Assembly (NCBI GenBank): GCA_964016885.1
Contig: OZ024743.1
Location: 111,910,001-111,974,000 of the forward strand
DNA: 64,000 nt
Origin: Eledone cirrhosa
Lineage: Eukaryota
Reading direction: 5' to 3'
Of this stretch, positions 57,730 through 64,000 are shown one piece after another (the stretch's first letter is position 1; each line of letters begins with the position of its first letter). A program made the position numbers and the translations under genes. The notes below the pieces were generated by a model, which had not been told where the DNA came from, ran no database searches, and saw nothing but the letters and a program-made list of their open reading frames with translations.

Positions 57730-58150
57730 TACTATAGATGTCATCGCCGTCAGCAAGATATGAAGTTTGATATGCACAAACCAATGCTTCTTGTAACCGA
57801 TTGTGTTGATTATGTTTCGTATGGTTCAAGCGAGTGGGCGTCCGTTTTTGAAAAACGTTCTGGTTGTCTAGTTCCATTTATAGCCGGATGGGTAGATCAG
57901 TGGTTCTGGATATGGATGGTATTTAAACCTCTTGTCTTCATTATGCATGTTCGGACTTGTGATTCCCGATAAAGTCGTAGCGCTCCGTAGTGGTATACCG
58001 GTTTCTTCCAGAGAAGGGAGAGAGAACAAGTGTAATATTCAGGAAGCGCCTTAGTAATAGTAACCCTATATTTAGAAACTGGTACTCTGGGATAAATCTT
58101 CTTCAGGCATATATATGAGCTCTTTGACGCCTCCAGCACTTCATTGTTTT
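57730..58150 (-). mobile_element. Older mariner fossil, C-terminal half
   Basis: VTITKALPEYY...LWKKP, frameshifted DL-PSGY (PDLAPSDY-like) and ADGDDI (DGDY-like). Confidence 0.45.
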
Positions 58151-58659
58151 TGTATTAATTTTATGACAGACGGCCAAAGAATTGAGTGGGATGAGAAACA
58201 CAACAGTACAACTAGACAATTCTAAGTGTATACCTCAAATGTGTCAGTGAGATCTTGGATAAACTACATAAGGCTGTTCAGTTAATAGCTAAGTCGGGGT
58301 GTAAGAAATTCTGATAAAATATTCTGCTTGGTTCGGCTCTGTGTGTTCTTAATTCAAATCCTATCAAGGTCATTAATTCTTTGGAGGGTTGATAAATAAA
58401 TTACCCTTCCTGTATCGGGGTAGATTCTGCTATATCTCCTTCTTTCTTTCTTTTTATCTCCTTTTCTTTAAAAAATCGCTTGTGTTCAATATTAGCAGTT
58501 TAACTAAATCATATGTATGTATGTACGCAACAGTATGTCCCGGTAGAGTCATAGGGGTGCTTTACTGGCATACAGTGCCTGTTGGGTATATTCCATCTCT
58601 AGATCTGAACAGGGCCGATTTGTTCGAGTAAGGAATGAAAGTGATAGATTGGAAGAGAG

Positions 58660-58810
58660 AAAGGGATAGAGAAGAGGAATCGACCCCAGTACTAGGCTGG
58701 AACTTTTCTAACGATCCCAGAAGGATGAAAGGCAAAGTTAGATTTGAACTTACAGCACCCGGGAACTAATTCTGCGAAGCAATCTATCCGTCGTGCAATT
58801 TGCTGCCTAC
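58660..58810 (-). mobile_element. Decayed SINE
   Basis: ATCGACCCCAGT...AAGGATGAAAGGCAAAGTTAGATTTGAACT. Confidence 0.65.
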
Positions 58811-59934
58811 ATGCTATATTACCTCCGACTAAATTATTTCCGTATAATGTATGTCCTTCGTAAAGCTCTTCAATACAATAAAGACTTCTAACTCTATTTT
58901 AAAATTCCAAATCGTACCTAGTGGTACACTTGATCTTTACAAATCAAGTCCAATAAAGATTAATAATTCTGAACGTAATAATTCTGAACGTAAAAGTTTT
59001 TCAACTGAGAAAGACTGCGTTGTAGCAATTAGTTGTTGATTATATATATTCCTGAAAAAATGGATTTCAAGTGCTAATTGTAAATTAGATCAATTCCAGT
59101 GTTTATATATGCTTCTAGTGTTTCTATTATTGCCGAGATATTATTTATATAGAACAGAGCTGCTTTATTGTAGACTTTGAAAGGTAGTATTTTAATTCAA
59201 TTAATTATTGATCAATTGCAAATGAAGCAAAGTTTCTATATTGATACCTCGCAAATTCGTGCCCTTGTCAAAAAACATTCCTTATCTTTGTTGTGCTAGA
59301 GCCACCAAAATGAAATTGTTAGTTGAGCTGCTGAGACAGTGTATAAGTTTGTGGAGTTCATGTTATCAGCTAACTATATTTTGGTTTTTAGTTCATTGAT
59401 TTTGATATGCGAATTTTGGTTTCAGAATGTGTCGGTTGTCTTTGAGAATGGAAGAGATTATCAGAGAAAAGTAAAAGTAGGTTATTCAAAATTGTGTATT
59501 GTCAACAGAGTCACGTGCTCGATATTTTACAGAAATAAACGTAACTATTTTCTCCTAGTTGTGTCTCTACCTATTTCCTGTATAGATATACAGATTACGT
59601 TCCCCTTAACAAGAATTAAGTCTGAGGACAGAGCTTTTTGCTTTGAAGACACCCTCCTCAGATTTGACGAAGAAGATACAGAATAATGTTCTGACCATCA
59701 GTAAAGATTATGAAAATTGAGAGAAACTGGATAGTTTGCAGTAGCTAAATAGACTAAGGGTATCAAATTATTTCGCAGTAGGGCAGCTCCAGCAAATATA
59801 TTTGGGGTGTCAGGGTAATATGATGTTGTTTGAAGAGTTCCCCGATAACACCCTGTGGTTCCACGCATTCTTTAATAATTCATCTTATTCTAATATTTTT
59901 TTTCTCTAATGTGAAAGCTATTTATTTTCATCGA

Positions 59935-60125
59935 TATAGGGTGTCAGTGGCGGAAAAGTATTTTTTTCCGATTCCTTACGTTCGGAGTTTAAACATTGAG
60001 AGTAGAACTTTGCATTTCATCCTACTGGAGTTCGATAAAAAGAGTATGTGTCAAGCACTACAGTCGGTATAATCGAATTTTCCATCCCCCAAATTAATGG
60101 CTTTGTAACTAAATAAGAAAACTTT
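59935..60125 (+). mobile_element. Decayed SINE
   Basis: GAGTTTAAAC...AACTTTGCATTTCATCCT...TCGATAAAA...ATGGCTTTGT. Confidence 0.6.
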
Positions 60126-60659
60126 ATTATAATTATCATCATCACAATAAATATTATTATAAAGATTCGGAAACACAGACGAAATCCAGTTAATATGTCC
60201 GCCTGTCTGTTTATCCTACTCTCTCTATATGCCTTTGCTTATAATTGTGCGTATTTATATATATCATTGTTTGTTAGTAAAAATAAATATATATATATGT
60301 ATATATATATGAGGGGGGGGGGTATGCGCGTGTGTGTGTGCGTGAGTAGGTGCGTAGTCAATATGCATATGTGATGTTGTAAATGCTGGCTTTATCGAAG
60401 GATTCATATAAAATTCTTTGCATAGAAATTGCAATGCCAAGATTTCAGGCTGTCACCAGAGCCTGCCTGCTTAATTAGTATAGATGTCTGCAACGAAAGA
60501 ATGGGATGTAAGCCTGACAAAAGTTTTAAATTGAACTGTGAACGGACTGTAGACTAATGGACCTCCAGGGAACTACGTAAGTCTCGCAGGGCAGATGTAT
60601 GTCTCCTAAACAACATCGGGACGCGCTCACACATAGAGGAGCCGTTAAACACTGACACA

Positions 60660-60715
<56 letters not shown>

Positions 60716-60786
60716 ATTATGTATATATATATATATACATATATATGTGTATATATATATATATACATATATATATACATAGTATG

Positions 60787-60825
<39 letters not shown>

Positions 60826-60894
60826 TATATAGCAGACAAAGAAACTTGCACATATATTTCCAAACATAAGGATGTGTACACGCGCACGCGCGTT

Positions 60895-60944
<50 letters not shown>

Positions 60945-61067
60945 TATGTGTGTGTGTGTGTGTGTATGTGTGTGTGTATGTTTGTGTGTGTGTGTGCATA
61001 CTTACATTTATGTATCAGCTCTGCTAGGGCGAGAATTATCATTCTAATTTTATTTATATAAATCTAC

Positions 61068-61252
61068 TGTTTCTACTTTTGGTACAAGGCCACCAATTAC
61101 CAGTGCATTACTGGTACTTTATTTTATCGACCCCGTAAGGATGAAAGGCAAAGTTAACCCCGGCGAGATTTGAACTCAGAATGGAAAGGGCCGTAACTCT
61201 ATGCGTTAAAGCATGGCGTCCGACGCTCCACCGATACTGCCAATCCACCGCT
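61068..61252 (-). mobile_element. Young tRNA-derived SINE, full length
   Basis: Head GCGGTGGATTGGCAGTATCGGTGGAGCG, B-box GAGTTCAAATCTC, intact core and tail. Confidence 0.9.
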
Positions 61253-61641
61253 AAATATATATATATATTTTTATGTGGAAATGTCAGTTTGTTCATTTAA
61301 ACCTGCTGTTAATCGATGGGTCCATAGTATAGGAAAAGTCGTAGTAAAACAGAATGAAACAGAGATAACTGTATGATATTTGCCTAGACATTAGTTAGTT
61401 ATATGCATACGTGTGTATATCGTGTATGTATTTTCTGTTTCTATACACATATTTTACTTAATAATACATTCGGCGACAATTTACTTAATGATGCTAGAGT
61501 CTTTAATAAATATTGCATACTTTTGTCATATTAGATCTACAATTCCTTCTTGTCTTTTTTGACTAAATCAGTTTGTTAATCATTTCCCATATAAGTAGGA
61601 ATGACATTTTCTTCAATTATAATTTCTTACTTCAACTAAGA

Positions 61642-61943
61642 GTGAAGACCTCCTTCGGTTACGAATGACCATGGGAGTCGCCTAGAAAGTTCCCATCCGA
61701 GGCACAAATCCGGGCAAGTTGTTGAAAACCACCAGTGGTGGGGCATACCAACCTCCCCTATCCACACCACCGATGTTGTCCAAGATAAAGGAAATAGCCG
61801 ATAACGCTTGGCACCAGTGACGTCGCTACAGCTGAGTAAACTGGAGCAAAGTTAAATAAAATGTCTTGTTTCACCCGATCTGAGAATCGAACACACAACC
61901 TCCAGATTGCAAGCCCAAAGCTCTAACCACTACGCTATGTGCC
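61642..61943 (-). mobile_element. Second SINE family, full length
   Basis: tRNA-like head GGCACATAGCGTAGTGGTTAGAG...GTTCGATTC, central CTCCAGTTTACTCAGCTG, tail CCCATGGTCATTCGTAACCGAAGGAGGTCTT. Confidence 0.85.
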
Positions 61944-62464
61944 TTCTTACTTGTTTAACTATATGTGCATATTTAATATTTGCAGCAAAGTATTTCTTAT
62001 TCTTGCAAGCAGTAATCTCGTGGTATTTTCCCAGATATTATTTTTTGTAAATAGGCACAGTAATGAGAGTATTATTAAATCTTTCAGTCCTGCTACGTGG
62101 CACCAGGTGTTGACTAATAACCTTTGCGAGTGTATGTGTGTGAGTGTGTCTATGTATACGTTTGTGAGTCTGTGTTAATATATCACGTAATACAGTAATT
62201 CGACAAAAACGAAATCGGTAAAATAAGTACCAGATTGACGTAATTAGTACTAGGGTCGATATGATTGACTAAATTAATGAGATGACCTTGCATGACCTCA
62301 GTCTAATGATTGAAACCACTAAAAGAAAACACGTTCACCATTAGCGACATCATTTCCTTAGAACATAATTTCAAACCAGATTTATTTATGATATATATAT
62401 AAGGGGAAGAGACATATATTTATCATTCGACCTCAGTTCATGATTAGTAACTATTTTATTCACG

Positions 62465-62660
62465 TTCTTTCTAACACTAACACAGGAGCAGCAATTTGTT
62501 GGAAGTGAAACTTCGATTGTATCCATATTTTATATATATCAACGCCGGAAGGGTGAAAGGCAAGGTTAACCTAGGCATGATTTGAACTGAGAACCTTGAA
62601 ATTTATAACTAAATACTGCAAGGATTGTGCCCAGCGGTTTAACAATACTGCCAATGCAGC
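62465..62660 (-). mobile_element. Decayed SINE
   Basis: GGGTGAAAGGCAAGGTTAACCT...ATTTGAACTGAGAAC...ATACTGCCAA. Confidence 0.6.
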
Positions 62661-62810
62661 GTTCTGCTACATATTTCATAATAACGAAAGATAAAGATTG
62701 ATCTTCGTGGATTTCTACACAATGACTACAGAGAACTAGTATCAAGAACGCATATTATCAGAAGCTCTACTGGCTCAAACTTATGCTTCCTACACTCAAT
62801 ATAATAATGA

Positions 62811-62843
<33 letters not shown>

Positions 62844-62987
62844 AAGAAGAAGAAGAAGAAGAAGAAGAAGAAGAAGAAGAAGAAGAAGAAAGTGGAGGGG
62901 GTGGATTTCTTTTAGTAACATAAGAGGGATAGACAGATATATATATATATATACGTATAAAAGGAAGATATATTTGCACATACACAC

Positions 62988-63046
<59 letters not shown>

Positions 63047-64000
63047 AGTGTGTATGTATACATAAATACAAATACCATCATATATACGGCATCTTTTAGG
63101 TATGTTAGTATATACGCCAGTATATCTGAAGATTACGTCCACATATTTGTATAAATACACGTATATATCCATGCATGCAGATACACCCTTACATTTATAC
63201 ACACAATTATGTATATTATGTATATTAGAAAGAGAACGGGAAAAGCGCTTCGGGCAATAGCTATGTTTCAATTTTCTATTCTTTCTTCCTTCATCCTTGA
63301 AAATTCTAGCGTCTTTTTCACGCACATGATCTTCACAGACCCTAATATATACATGCATATATGCATGTATACTTACATGCATCCATACTTACCTACATAC
63401 AGACATACATAAATACATACATGCATATTTACATACATACATACATACATACGTATATGCATACATACGTACATGTATATATAAATATATACATATTTAC
63501 ATACATACATGCATAGATACATACATATATACATATAAATATAAATATACACACACCTGTATATGTCCATCGCCTAAACGCATATACACACATCCTATAC
63601 AAAGGGGGTAGTTAAAGAAAAAGAGAAAGAAAGAAAAGGACAGAAATGAGAAGGAGGGAGGGAAGATAGAAAAATGTGATTAGATTTAGCTATCTTTGCT
63701 AATGTATTCCACCGTTCTTGCTAATGATATCGGAAATGTAGACAATAAATACTATTTCATAATCCACATATAAATGTTTCCTTAAATTCCGGTATTAGTG
63801 ATGGCCAATATTGAAATATAAGATTTCAGACATTTACAATAACAATGAAATTATAATAAAGTTGTTAATAACTAAGATATTAACGACACACGACAGCAGC
63901 TGCTACTACGAGGCAGTGAGGGAGACTTAAACAGTCGCTACATCTGCTTGAACAACCGAAAATGCCTGAATCGTCTGGTAAAAGGACACGTACAAAAATG

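Noticed and set aside
59339-59686. 115-aa ORF in non-repetitive sequence
   Set aside because: GTG start, no recognisable motif and no supporting exon structure.

Overview
AT-rich, microsatellite-dense eukaryotic DNA that looks intergenic or intronic. The SINE families and the (TA)n/(CA)n/(CT)n load suggest an octopod cephalopod genome (inference, no database check). No intact host protein-coding gene is recognisable, and most ORFs in the track are translations of microsatellites. The window consists largely of nested mobile DNA: a near full-length but disrupted L1/Tx1-type LINE (49735-55800, +) head-to-head with an internally deleted R4/Dong-type element (46830-49620, -); two 5'-truncated Penelope-like elements (PLEs) with inverted pseudo-LTRs plus several older PLE remnants; RTE remnants and an RTE-derived non-autonomous dimer; mariner fossils; MITEs; Helitrons; and about 20 tRNA-derived SINE copies. 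The most notable signal is a dozen or more type I hammerhead-ribozyme motifs. They lie in PLE 3' ends and in short ORF-less units next to (TA)n tracts, and two families carry the compensatory U3-A8 catalytic-core variant. Boundaries of decayed elements are approximate because they were aligned by eye.
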